The notes: generated by a model not told the origin, from the letters alone. 64,000 nt of DNA from an uncultured Spirochaetota bacterium (GCA_963781885.1 CAWAHW010000005.1:160001-224000), one strand, 5' to 3'. Shown: positions 27,716-38,483, counted from the stretch's first letter. Numbers and translations: made by a program.

Positions 27716-28831
27716 CTACTCGTCCTTGAGGAGATCCGCCAGATTGTCGATCGTCGGGACCGGCGATTCCGCCTCCGCGCTCTGCCGGTCCTTCAGCGGG
27801 AGGTAGACACCGTTGTAGAGCGCGGCAAGCTCGAACACGTCGTCCTGCTCGCTGCCCTCCGGGATGCGCACCTCGAGGTTGTAGCCCGGCTCCGACAGGC
27901 CGCGCTTCATCACGTGGATGGGGTCGGAGATGCCCAGCGCGAAGCGAGGCGCGTAGAGGAAGAGGAATCCCAGGACGGCGAGCACGACCGCGATGAAGAA
28001 GACCATGCCCTCGCGGGACGATGTGGCGCCCAGCGGCCTCTGGTCCACGTACACCCCAACGCCGTCCACGTTCACGTAGTCGTAGTCGCCGGCCATGAAG
28101 TGCGTGTCGTAATACGCGGGCGCATAGCGGGTCCAGGCGGTGTTTCCGCCCGGCGCGCGCACGACGAGGAGGGACGCGTCCAGCGCCGCGGCTGCCGCGG
28201 CCCGGTCGGCGAGCCCCACGCTTCCACCGGCGGCAAGGGCGCGCGCGCGGGCCATCTGGCCGTCCGTATATGGCGTTTCGAGCCCCGGGAGGACGCCCGT
28301 GCTTTCCAGCACCGATGCCCCGATCAGCCAGAAGACGAGGAGAGAGACCGCGATGGTCGTGATGGTGGAGAGATGGCGCTGGGCCATGGGCGAGCTCACG
28401 TAGCGGATGCCGCGGAAGAGCTTGATGACCCGCAGGAGCCGCAGGATGCGCGCGATCCGTATCGCCTTGATCACCTTCAGCGTGTTCAGGAAGCTCCCGG
28501 CTCCCGCAAAGAGCCCCACGCCCGCCATCAACGCCAGCACGTGCGGGAAGGAGCTCAGGAGGAGCAGCGGAATGGAGGCGAGAAAGTCGACCCATCCGCG
28601 CTGGTGAAAGAGGTAGTTTCGCGCCTCCCCATTCGTGAGGGCCACGTAGAGGCGCACGAGGAACTCCACCGTGAAGAAGAGGTCGAAGCCGAGCCCTGCC
28701 CAGATGATCGCGCTCCGGGCTGCCACCGTCCAGCCGGCGACGCTCGCCAGGTCCTCGATGAAGGTGTGGATGAGCGCGCCGACGATGACGACGACGACGA
28801 CAGTTTCAAGGATCTCTGCCAATTTGCGCAT
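27716..28831 (-). CDS. Ion_trans-like voltage-sensor domain protein with extracytoplasmic domain and HAMP-like tail; no pore motif seen
   Basis: S2 FDLFFTVEFLVR, S3 WVDFLASIP, S4 KVIKAIRIARILRLLRVIKLFR; then TM-loop-TM and ISDPIHVM..DDVFELAALYN. Confidence 0.75.
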   Translation of the reverse strand: MRKLAEILETVVVVVIVGALIHTFIEDLASVAGWTVAARSAIIWAGLGFDLFFTVEFLVRLYVALTNGEARNYLFHQRGWVDFLASIPLLLLSSFPHVLALMAGVGLFAGAGSFLNTLKVIKAIRIARILRLLRVIKLFRGIRYVSSPMAQRHLSTITTIAVSLLVFWLIGASVLESTGVLPGLETPYTDGQMARARALAAGGSVGLADRAAAAAALDASLLVVRAPGGNTAWTRYAPAYYDTHFMAGDYDYVNVDGVGVYVDQRPLGATSSREGMVFFIAVVLAVLGFLFLYAPRFALGISDPIHVMKRGLSEPGYNLEVRIPEGSEQDDVFELAALYNGVYLPLKDRQSAEAESPVPTIDNLADLLKDE

Positions 28832-28840
28832 CAGCGGCTC

Positions 28841-29794
28841 CTACCAGCCATTCTCAGAGGCGATGGTGTACAGCTCGTCGAGCATCCCGGCGTCCAGGCC
28901 GTGCCAGCGCGCGTTCTTTCGATTCACGTTGAACCAGCTCTTGTCGGGCGAATCGGCGCCGCGATCGACCACAAGCCCCGGCGCGAGGGTGCGCCCGCGC
29001 AGCGCGAGGATCGCCGAAAGACGCGCCACGGCTTCCACGTTCGGCGTGAGGGGGAAGGCGAGCGTCCCGCGAAGCCCCATGCCGATGACGGAAGAGGGGA
29101 GGGAAGGCACGAGGGCGGCGATGTTGGGGAGGATCTTCTGGAGATACGATTCCTGCAGCGGCGCGAAGCCTGCATCCTTCTCCACCCGCTCCCCGGCGGT
29201 GATGAAAAGGTACGCGGAGGGCCGAAGCACGAGCAGCACGCGCGTGAGGTCGACGACCGCCGCCGGGACCAGATTCAACCGCTGGACGCGCGTGATTTCC
29301 ACATAGGTGTATTTCTTTCTCTCCCACGCCTGCGGGATATACTTGTCAGCGAGATCGGCGCGCGCCGCGGACACCGATCCGGCGAGGGCCCCCCGGGCAA
29401 TGGGGTGTGCCGCGGCCCGCTGGAGCAGGGCCCTCAGCTCCGTGCGGATGTTCGGCGGCACCTGCCGTCCGCCGGCCATGACCGGGAAGAAGGAGAAGCC
29501 GAGGCGCGTGGAGGCCAGCTCATCGAGGTCCGCCGCAAGCCCCCTGTCGGAGACGGCCTTTATCGCGCGTGCGACAAGGGCGGCCGGCTTCTGCCAGCCC
29601 TGGCTCACGTCGAGGCCCAGGGAGCCGAATATCGAGAGAAGCTGCGGACCGTTGGCGCGCAGGAACTGCAGCGCCTGCTCCTCTTTCTGCAGGGCAGGGA
29701 GCTGGCGCAGCGCCGGCGTATCGAGCATGCGGGAGGCGAATCGTGCGATCGAATCGGGAGATGCTTCCACTTCTCTTATTTTCGGCCCGGGCAT
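28841..29794 (-). CDS. Hypothetical protein
   Basis: 317-aa ORF with typical codon bias, co-oriented 10 bp upstream of the voltage-sensor gene. Confidence 0.7.
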   Translation of the reverse strand: MPGPKIREVEASPDSIARFASRMLDTPALRQLPALQKEEQALQFLRANGPQLLSIFGSLGLDVSQGWQKPAALVARAIKAVSDRGLAADLDELASTRLGFSFFPVMAGGRQVPPNIRTELRALLQRAAAHPIARGALAGSVSAARADLADKYIPQAWERKKYTYVEITRVQRLNLVPAAVVDLTRVLLVLRPSAYLFITAGERVEKDAGFAPLQESYLQKILPNIAALVPSLPSSVIGMGLRGTLAFPLTPNVEAVARLSAILALRGRTLAPGLVVDRGADSPDKSWFNVNRKNARWHGLDAGMLDELYTIASENGW

Positions 29795-29835
29795 TCATTT
29801 ACATGAACCGCGCTTCCATTGAATAATGGCCCCAG

Positions 29836-32800
29836 ATGGCACGGACGCGCGCTTGCATCACAGTGCTGTGCATCGCCCTGCTTCTTCTGGCGGTCGTGCG
29901 CGTCTCCGCGGACGGCGTGTTCGTGCCTGCCGCCGAGGCTCCCACGACCATTTTTGCCACGAAGCTTGGAAGCGCAGATGTCGACCTGAGCCTCCTGGGC
30001 TCGTGGACGGCGGGCATATCATTTGGAACGGGATTTCTCTATGCCCCCGGCCAGACCCAACCCCTCCAGGCGCTGGACGGGTTCCCGGGCCTGACGCTGG
30101 GATTTCTCTTCAGCCAGACGCCGGATATCACCGCCAGCCTGAACTTGCTCAAGAGATTCTTTCTCGATGCCACGCTGATTGGAAGCTTCGACAACAACGC
30201 TCTGCAGATGGGCTATCGGGGAGCGCCGGGAGAGGTGCTGCAGTCGGTGATCCTGGGAACGCAGGGCATCACGATAAGTCCCAGCGCCTTCCTTCAGATT
30301 CCGGACCAGCCCAAAGGCTCCCTGGGCGCCTCCGCGGAGCTCACCTCGGGCTCTTCAACGAACGACCTGCTCCTGCGTTGGGACCCGACCACGCAAAAAC
30401 AAAAGACTTTCATCGGGAAAAACGAGCTCACCGAGCAGGAGGTGGGCATCGATGCCTACACCCGCGGGATGTATTTTTTCCTCCCCGACACGGGCCTGGA
30501 TGCCAACACGCTCACGGTCCTGATCGAGGATCCCGCGGGCACCGTGACGGGCTCCGACCAGCGGAAGTATCGAACCGCAACCTATACCGACGTCGTCCTG
30601 GACTCCGTGCAGGGGTTGGTGTCGCTGCGCAACGCGCTGAAAGGCAGAGTGCTCGTCTTCTATAGGAAGAACGGTTTCAGCGTCGGGGATCCGGCAATCG
30701 GCCGCGGCGGGCTTCCCGGCACGACCGGGGGCGGGCTCATTCGTGACCCGACCGCGTCGGTGAATTTCGATTTCACCGTGAACCCGTATCTCGGCCAGAA
30801 CATGGCAAATCGGGAGGTGAGCGTGCCGGGCGTCGGCAATTGCCTTCTCCTCTGGCAGCCGGGCGACAACTCGCCGTTCGAGATGGACAACTCCTACGCC
30901 TTTTCCGCGACCCCGCCCACGGACGTATCGAAGATTTCCTTCCAATTCAATCTGAAGGACACGACGGCCGTTGCACCGGCGAAAATCATCTTCCAGAGCA
31001 TTCCCGCGGAGAAGCGATTCCTTGCGCTGCAGAATGCGAATCTCCGCGCCACGTATGAAAACTTTTACCCCTTCTCCCAATACGTCGATGCCAACGGCCA
31101 GAGTCACAGCGCGGACCCGCTTGGCCTCCTCTACGGTCCGCAGCACGACTCCCTGGCCGGCACGCTGGACTTCGACCTTCTCGTCCAGTTCCTGACCCCG
31201 ATCACCGACTACACCCTGGAGGCCAACATCGAGCCCGGCTCCGTGCAGGTCACGGTGAACGGTGTGGCGGAAGACCGTTTCGAGGTCGACGCGGCGTCGG
31301 GCAAGCTCACCCTCGACGTGCCCATACTCCCGACGGACCGCATCGAAGTGACCTACCGCATCGCCGAGCAGGGAAGCACGGGTGGCGACATCCTTTTCGC
31401 GTGGAAGGACAAGATACCGCTTGCAGACTGGGCGACGCTCACGCTTTCAGCCGGGCTGCGATGGAATGCCAATCCCTGGACCTTTTCACAGGAGCCCTAT
31501 TCCAAGTCGGGCACGGTCATTGCCGCGGTGGGCATAGACGGTGCATCGGGCCCGATTTCCTACTCCGCGCAGGCGGGCGTCGCCTACACGAACCCTGATA
31601 CAACGGGCACGCTGCGCCTCTTCGGCATGGAGGGCAGCTCCACCAGCATCGACATCTCGGAGGAGCTCGATTATCCCGCCAGTGCGCCCGCGTCAGCCAG
31701 CGGACTCCTCTTCACCTCAACCCAGGCCAACCGGGGGGAGCTGCTTTATCGGGACTATCGGGTCTATGGTGCTCTGGGAGCAGCAACCCTGCAGCCCATC
31801 GATGGGTCTGCGGCTCCCAACCCGCCGCCGGATCCCAAGCCATACGCGAACGGCTCGCGCATGGGGCCTTATAATGTGGCAGGCAACGCGACAAGCAAAA
31901 ATGCAACCAATCTTGTGCTCGAATATAGCCTGTCGGCCAACACCTGGGCTGGGACGCAAATACCTGTTTCAGCCGGAAGCGACGTGGATCTTTCCAGCGC
32001 GCGGGCGATCTCCGTGCGCCTGCGCGGCATCAACCAGACCGGGACGGTGACGGCGTATCTCCAGATCGGGAGCATCTCAGAAGACCTCGACGGCCAGGCA
32101 GCCGCCACGGCGACGCCAAAAAGTGAAGGATCGGCCGCGGATGCAGGGTTCGATTTCGTGGATGCCGCGAACGGTGTTACATTGAAGGTGGGCGCGAAAT
32201 ATGACCAGAACGGGAGCCTGGTAGGAAACGGGGTCCTCGACACGGAGGACCGCAATGCCAACGGCATCCTGGACCTCGAGGATTCCAGCCGCGTCGTGAC
32301 CCTGACGCTTCCGTCGTTGACGTCAGGTGCGGATTGGACGGCCGCGACATTTGCGCTTACCGACGATGAAAGGCAGGCGCTTGTTGCCGCGCGCTCGGTG
32401 CGCATCATCATCATGTCGACGGGCCAGGCCTCAGGCGACATCATCCTCGATTCCATCTCCGTGGAGGCAACGCCATTCTGGCCCGAGGCATCGACTCCCG
32501 ATCGTCCCCATATTTCCGTCCGGCAGATTCCCGAGTACCTGTCGGCGAACGACCCCGGATCCGGCCACCGCCTGGAGGACGCCTTCTCCGCAACGTACAA
32601 GCTTTTCCACCCCAACGGCGAGCAGAACGAGGTGCTGGAAACGGGATGGGGAGTGGACGGGACGCCGATAACCAGCGCGTTTTCGATCAAGGGATTCGTG
32701 CCGCAGGGCACGGGGGGCATACAGTACCAGACATTCGTGACTTATTTCCGCACCCCGACGTTGGGCGTGCAGTACACATTCTCCTTTGCCGATTCCACCG

Positions 32801-34776
32801 CGAATGTCGCAGAGCCGCGCATCAAATGGCATTACACGCCCACGAGCACGGGCTGGCACGAGCTGAAGGTCACATCGTTGAACGGCGGCCAGGTCCTTGT
32901 CGACGGGACGCCAATCGGCACGTGGGATAAGTTCGATTCGGGCTACGGGAGCCTCTCCTTCCTGCAGATCGACGTTCCGGCAGGGGTGCCGACAGGTTTC
33001 TTCTATCTGGATGAGGTTTACTGCACGGATCCCGCCGCTGACTTCGGCGCGGCATTCGTAGGAACCTTTTCCGCAAAGCTGCCGGGAACCATACTGGGAA
33101 TCGGCAGCGTGCCGATCCTGGCAAATGTCGCCTTCCGCCAGGACGTGTCGCTTGCCACGGCGGGCTTCTCCTCGCTCTATGGCATTCCCTTGCAGACATC
33201 CGACGTCTCGTCCCGAACGCACGTGGACGCGGATATCGCGACGGCCCGGACGAGCATCGACCTGCTCGTGCAGGACGAGGGAGGCACGCCATCGATCTCC
33301 GGCGGCCACCGCGTCACCCTCCCTTCATTCGGTCTGCCGGTCTCCCTCACCGATGCCTTTTCCCTCACCGACATCGGCGATTTCTCCCGGGAGGATTCGC
33401 TCGCGCTCACCGGTGGCTCCCTTCTGGGGCTCACGGTCGACGCAAGCGCGAACGCGGCAACGGGGAACACGGCCAATTTCGGGCTCCTCACGCAGACATG
33501 GCAGGGAGGGCTCACGTTCAATCCATTTTCCCCGCTGACGACCACGACGCAGCTCTCCCTTTCACAGGTGGTGGACGGCTATCCCTATCCCGTCATTCCC
33601 GAGTGGTACGGCGAGCGCTGGGTGCGGGAAGCGTCGCTCCTTCTGCCCTGGGAGGAGGGGAGCGATATTACCCGGACGGAAAAGCTGTCGTTCACCGCCG
33701 GGATGCCGGCCGCGCCGCTGGGCTTCAGCTTCGCGGCGTCGGCGGATGCGAATGGCAGCGACTATGCCCCCGCGGGCTTCACCCAGCAGAATGATCTTTC
33801 CGCCGCCCTTTCCCTTCTCCTGAACCTGGGACCCCAGTCCTCCTCGGACAGCTTCAGCATCACCTACAAGCGCGTCCTGAGCCTCGATACGACGCCTGCC
33901 CTGGGTCCCCGGTTCCAGGCGGAAACCGACGAGCTGGCCCGCATCCTCGGGCTGCAGGACTTTTTCGTGCAGGCCATCCCCATTGCCGAGATATTCACGG
34001 ACATCACGCCCCAGGCGCGCATTGCGTGGGCGACGGTGAGCCAGGGAAGCTACTCGCCGTCGCTCGCCTTCAACCTGCAACGCAGCTACGGCTCGCGCCT
34101 CATCGACCTGATCGTGCCGTCGAGCCTCGAGCTGGACATCGGCCAGGAGCTCGACAAGGCCGCCGACCTGTACCAGACCGTCGCATATATCCGGCCGCGC
34201 ATGACGACGCGCGCCGTGAATCTCTTCGGCGCGCTGGGCGCATACCCGCTCCTCACGGCGGTCCGCACCGACGAATACGACCTGGATCTCAGCGGGTCGC
34301 TGGAAGGGCCGCCCGGCGCCACGCCGGTCCTGGCAACCATCTCCGTCGAGGGATATGCGACGCTCACCGGCGCCGGGGACAACGCGCTCACGCTCCTGGA
34401 AACCTTTCGACGCGACCAGCCGACAGTTCCGCCGCTCGGTGTGACGCTCACGAACGACTCACAGGCGATCCTGGACTGGAAGCTCCTGCCGCAGAAAGGC
34501 ATCCCCCTGCCGCTCATCCCGCCGGACATCGCCGCAACGGGGCACTTCGAGAACCGCGAGAGCGCCGATCTCACCATTTCATGGCAGGAGTCGGGCGCCT
34601 TTCACCCCTTCACGGTGCTTTTCGGGCATGCGACGTCGCTCGTGTATGCCGGCCACGGATCGATTAAGGCCAGCGCGAATCTCGGCGTGGACGTCGAAAA
34701 CCCCGCGGTGACGGGCCAGGGGCTGGTCTGGCGTTTTGCCGTCAGCGCCGCGCTGGAGGCAAAGTTGACATTCTGA
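29836..34776 (+). CDS. Very large exported, probably outer-membrane, protein with SprA-like motifs
   Basis: Signal peptide (..VSA/DG), beta-rich 1646 aa, C-terminal beta-signal ..LEAKLTF; motifs IEPGSVQVTVNG..FEVDAASGKL and DTEDRNANGILD. Confidence 0.75.
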   Translation: MARTRACITVLCIALLLLAVVRVSADGVFVPAAEAPTTIFATKLGSADVDLSLLGSWTAGISFGTGFLYAPGQTQPLQALDGFPGLTLGFLFSQTPDITASLNLLKRFFLDATLIGSFDNNALQMGYRGAPGEVLQSVILGTQGITISPSAFLQIPDQPKGSLGASAELTSGSSTNDLLLRWDPTTQKQKTFIGKNELTEQEVGIDAYTRGMYFFLPDTGLDANTLTVLIEDPAGTVTGSDQRKYRTATYTDVVLDSVQGLVSLRNALKGRVLVFYRKNGFSVGDPAIGRGGLPGTTGGGLIRDPTASVNFDFTVNPYLGQNMANREVSVPGVGNCLLLWQPGDNSPFEMDNSYAFSATPPTDVSKISFQFNLKDTTAVAPAKIIFQSIPAEKRFLALQNANLRATYENFYPFSQYVDANGQSHSADPLGLLYGPQHDSLAGTLDFDLLVQFLTPITDYTLEANIEPGSVQVTVNGVAEDRFEVDAASGKLTLDVPILPTDRIEVTYRIAEQGSTGGDILFAWKDKIPLADWATLTLSAGLRWNANPWTFSQEPYSKSGTVIAAVGIDGASGPISYSAQAGVAYTNPDTTGTLRLFGMEGSSTSIDISEELDYPASAPASASGLLFTSTQANRGELLYRDYRVYGALGAATLQPIDGSAAPNPPPDPKPYANGSRMGPYNVAGNATSKNATNLVLEYSLSANTWAGTQIPVSAGSDVDLSSARAISVRLRGINQTGTVTAYLQIGSISEDLDGQAAATATPKSEGSAADAGFDFVDAANGVTLKVGAKYDQNGSLVGNGVLDTEDRNANGILDLEDSSRVVTLTLPSLTSGADWTAATFALTDDERQALVAARSVRIIIMSTGQASGDIILDSISVEATPFWPEASTPDRPHISVRQIPEYLSANDPGSGHRLEDAFSATYKLFHPNGEQNEVLETGWGVDGTPITSAFSIKGFVPQGTGGIQYQTFVTYFRTPTLGVQYTFSFADSTANVAEPRIKWHYTPTSTGWHELKVTSLNGGQVLVDGTPIGTWDKFDSGYGSLSFLQIDVPAGVPTGFFYLDEVYCTDPAADFGAAFVGTFSAKLPGTILGIGSVPILANVAFRQDVSLATAGFSSLYGIPLQTSDVSSRTHVDADIATARTSIDLLVQDEGGTPSISGGHRVTLPSFGLPVSLTDAFSLTDIGDFSREDSLALTGGSLLGLTVDASANAATGNTANFGLLTQTWQGGLTFNPFSPLTTTTQLSLSQVVDGYPYPVIPEWYGERWVREASLLLPWEEGSDITRTEKLSFTAGMPAAPLGFSFAASADANGSDYAPAGFTQQNDLSAALSLLLNLGPQSSSDSFSITYKRVLSLDTTPALGPRFQAETDELARILGLQDFFVQAIPIAEIFTDITPQARIAWATVSQGSYSPSLAFNLQRSYGSRLIDLIVPSSLELDIGQELDKAADLYQTVAYIRPRMTTRAVNLFGALGAYPLLTAVRTDEYDLDLSGSLEGPPGATPVLATISVEGYATLTGAGDNALTLLETFRRDQPTVPPLGVTLTNDSQAILDWKLLPQKGIPLPLIPPDIAATGHFENRESADLTISWQESGAFHPFTVLFGHATSLVYAGHGSIKASANLGVDVENPAVTGQGLVWRFAVSAALEAKLTF

Positions 34777-34841
34777 AAAGTGCGAGATAGCTTTATGGCC
34801 ATGCGGGGTATATAATTGTGGCAGGCTTCAAGGAGGTCGCA

Positions 34842-36212
34842 ATGACTGTTGTGTTCAAGCGTTGTGCGCTGGTTCTTGCCTTGTTCAGCCTTGCGGTCGG
34901 CTCGGTGTTTGCACAGAGCGCGCCGCCAGCGAACGCGTTCGGATTCAAAATGGGACTGGACTTGGGCGCGCAGACCTTCACGACTGGCGTACCCAACGAC
35001 CCAGACGCGGGAAGCTTCGAATTCCTCGGGCTCTCCCCGGACATCTCCTTCGGGCCGTTCGGAATCGGTCTCGACCTGACGATCAACTATACGTTGAATG
35101 GACCCCCGGGAGTGGCCCCCGTTGCCAACGAATTCTACATCCGCAAATCGGACTGGGTCCCCACGGATTTTGCCGACTTCCTGAGACTGTATCTGGGCAA
35201 GTTCTCCTACGTGCGATGGGGTGAGGCGGGCGATCCCCTGTTCATCAAGTTCGGCTCCTTCAAGGATGCCACGCTCGGTGACGGCTTCATCATGGGGGAT
35301 TACAACAACGCACTCTTTCTCCCCAACGACCGCCACCTGGGGCTTCAGGCGAACCTCGACGGATCGCTCTTCAAGTTCCCCTTCATTGGTCTGGAGACGG
35401 TGGTCGGCAATGTTTCCACCATGGACGTGGTGGGCGGCAGACTCTACGTGCGGCCGCTCGTCGCCACGCAGATCCCCATCCTCAGCAACCTTGAGATCGG
35501 GCTCACCGGCGTTTTTGACACGGGTCTGAATACCGACACGGCCGCCACTCCCGCCACGGTGTTGGGCGGCGACGTGCAGCTCCCGGTCGTATACGTCAAG
35601 GACATCGTTTCAATGCTGGCGTTTACGGATGTCGCTTTTGAGGGCAAGAGCGCGGGCGGCATGCTGGGCGTCGGCGGCAAGCTCCTGAACTTCATTTCCT
35701 ATGGCGCGCAGCTTCGCGTCCTCGGTTCCGGCTTCCAGCCGGGCTATTTCGGCACCACCTACGACGACTACGCGACGGGGCGCGGCGTGGAATACGCATC
35801 CCTCCAGAATGCTGCCGCGGGCGGCTTCACGTTCGGCTGGGAGTCGAGCCTGGGAACATCGTTCCTCAACGACAAGTTCATTTTCCTCGTGAAGCTCGAT
35901 TCGCCCTTCGTCACGACGGAAACGGATCCTGCGCTGACGCTGCCGCATCTCACCGGCATCCTTTCGCTGGCGGAGGGCGTCGTGCCCGGCATCACGTTCG
36001 ACTTCATCTATGACAAGACACAGATCGACAGCTTTGCGTCCCTGGTGAGCGCCAAGAACGCCCTCATCAAAGCTCAGGTGAACTTCCAGACCGGCGGGGC
36101 GGTGATCTCCTTCGTCTACAATATCACCTACACGGGAGTCCCGGACCGCAACAACAACAACAGCACGTGGGTGGTCCAGTCCGGGCTGCAGAGCTCGATC
36201 CCGCTGTTCTAG
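34842..36212 (+). CDS. Putative outer-membrane beta-barrel protein
   Basis: TATAAT and SD AAGGAGG before ATG 34842; signal peptide VFA/Q; amphipathic strands; terminal Phe. Confidence 0.75.
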   Translation: MTVVFKRCALVLALFSLAVGSVFAQSAPPANAFGFKMGLDLGAQTFTTGVPNDPDAGSFEFLGLSPDISFGPFGIGLDLTINYTLNGPPGVAPVANEFYIRKSDWVPTDFADFLRLYLGKFSYVRWGEAGDPLFIKFGSFKDATLGDGFIMGDYNNALFLPNDRHLGLQANLDGSLFKFPFIGLETVVGNVSTMDVVGGRLYVRPLVATQIPILSNLEIGLTGVFDTGLNTDTAATPATVLGGDVQLPVVYVKDIVSMLAFTDVAFEGKSAGGMLGVGGKLLNFISYGAQLRVLGSGFQPGYFGTTYDDYATGRGVEYASLQNAAAGGFTFGWESSLGTSFLNDKFIFLVKLDSPFVTTETDPALTLPHLTGILSLAEGVVPGITFDFIYDKTQIDSFASLVSAKNALIKAQVNFQTGGAVISFVYNITYTGVPDRNNNNSTWVVQSGLQSSIPLF

Positions 36213-36228
36213 GAAAAGGGAGGAAAGA

Positions 36229-38480
36229 ATGAAGACGAGAGTTTTCTTCGCGATTGCGCTCGCCGCCTTGCTGGTGATCCCAGGAATGCTGTTCGCGCAG
36301 TCGGCTCCGGCGAAACCAAAGCCGCCGGCGATATCGGTCACCATCAGCTACATCGAAAACAACAGCGGAAACTTCGACGTCAAGGACGAAAAGGGCGTCT
36401 CCGTGAGCCCGACGCCGTCCGAAGGCGACGAGCTGAAGCTGGGCTGGACGGTGCTCACGGGGGCAGGCGATTCCGCCGAGCTCCAGTTGAATCACACCAG
36501 CACCATCGTGAAGATTTCGCAGAACACGAACTTCCGGCTCGACAAGCTGCGCTCCGACACGGGCGGCCAGGACGTCTTCTCAATGGCGTTCGGCAAGGTC
36601 CGCACCGTCGCGGGCAAAGCCTCGGGCAAGGACCAGTACCAGATCAAGACCCCGTCGGCGGTCTGCGGTGTCCGCGGGTCCGACGTGGTCGTGGAGTTCC
36701 AGGAGGGAGCGTTCGCGAAGCTCTCCACCCTTGAAGGCACGGGCTGGATACAGAACGCGGCCGGCCAGGCGCTCGACGTGGCGCAGGGATTTGCCGCTGA
36801 CGCGCTCGCCGCCACCTTCACGGCGGTCCAGATTCCCCCCGACGTGCTTGACAGCCTGACGAAAGATATGACGTTCGTCCGCCTGGACCCGGCCGCGGTG
36901 CTGGCGATCAACAAGGCCTACCAGGCGTCCCTGCTGCCGTCCAACAACGCCGCAACCGGCAACGCGCCGTCGACACCCGCGGCCCCCGCCACTCCCCCGG
37001 CGCCGCCGAAGCCGACCTGGCTTGACGACGTGATGGCGAAGATCAAGCAGATACTCGGCGTGGAGATCGGCTCGATCACGATCAGCGGGACCACGTACAG
37101 CGAGGTTATTGCTCAGCCGACATTCGCGCTGGGAAGCCTGAAGATGTCGCTGTACCTCCCGATCATCTATCAGACCGACATGTTCAATACTAAAGACTGG
37201 TACCACCCCCAGGGAAATGACGAATGGAGTTTCGGCGGTCTTCTCACCGGGAAGATCAATCCCGACCCCTGGGCCTTTGCGCAGGATTTTGCGAATGACC
37301 TGTTCCTGAAGATCCGCTACATCGAATGGGGCCACCAGAGGGATCCCTTCTTCTTCAAGGTCGGAAACCTGGATGACATCACAATCGGCCACGGTCTCAT
37401 CATGAGCAACTTCGCCAACGACGCCGATTTCCCCGCGATCCGCCGCACCGGCGTGAACCTGGGTCTCGATTTCGGCGGCGTGGGAATCGAAGCGATGATG
37501 AACGACGCAGCGGCGCCGGACATCGTGGGCGGCCGCCTCTACGTGCGCCCGGTGAAGGGCTTCAAGGCAGCCCTCGGGGTCACGGGCATCGTTGACCTGA
37601 ACCCCGCCAAGGATTGGCCGGCGGGGGCGCCTGACGTCGGAAGCCCGATCTTCATCAATCCCGGCGTGGACCTCGATCTGCCCTTCGTGGAGAGCAATTT
37701 CTTCGGACTCGTGGCCTTTGCCGACGCGGCAGTCATGGTTCCGTACTTCCAGACCAAGCCCGACGAATCCGACCTATTCCAATATCCGCGCAGGGATTCG
37801 ACTTCAAGGCGGTGCTTCCCGACGCGAGCAACCTCGCGGACATCAAGAACTGGGGCGTCGCTGCCGGTCTGTTCGGCAACGTGGTGACGAAGGACATCAC
37901 CTGGCGCCTGGAGTTCCGCGACTACACCGGTGCATTCATTCCGGACTTCTACAACTCGGACTACGAACGGGACCGCACGCAGATGGTCTCCCAGGTTCTC
38001 CAGTACCTGGAGAACCCCGCGGCGTCGCAGTACAACCAGACCCTCGGCATCTTCGGCGAAGGGGGATTCACCTGGCCCAAGGTTTTCAGCCTCACGCTGA
38101 ACTACTTCTGGCCGTGGACCCAGGACCCGACGACGCACGCATTCACATTCGGCAACGACCATTTCCTGGCCAAGTTCACCCTGGAGCCGGGCGTCATCCC
38201 CGTTGTCAAGATATTCGGCTCCGTCTCCTATGAGAGGACGAACTTCGTTCCCGCGCTGCTGAACGGGACGACGAACGGGCCCACGCTGTTCGACGCAAAC
38301 ACGGTGGTTGCCGCCACCATTGGATATCCGATCAGCGACAGCCTCGACGTATCGGTGTCGTACACGGAGACGGCGCGCCGCGATTCGGCAGGAAACGTGA
38401 TGTACGATCCTTCGTCGCTTGGCGGGCTGCTGCCTTACATGGACAGCTCGGTCTCCATCACGATGAGCTCGCAACTCTGA
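36229..38480 (+). CDS. FecR-domain plus putative beta-barrel fusion protein (frameshift near 37780)
   Basis: Signal peptide, FecR motifs (TGAGDSAEL, IKTPSAVCGVRGS), P/A linker, barrel region paralogous to the upstream gene; continues in the 37812..38480 frame. Confidence 0.75.
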
Positions 38481-38483
38481 TGA

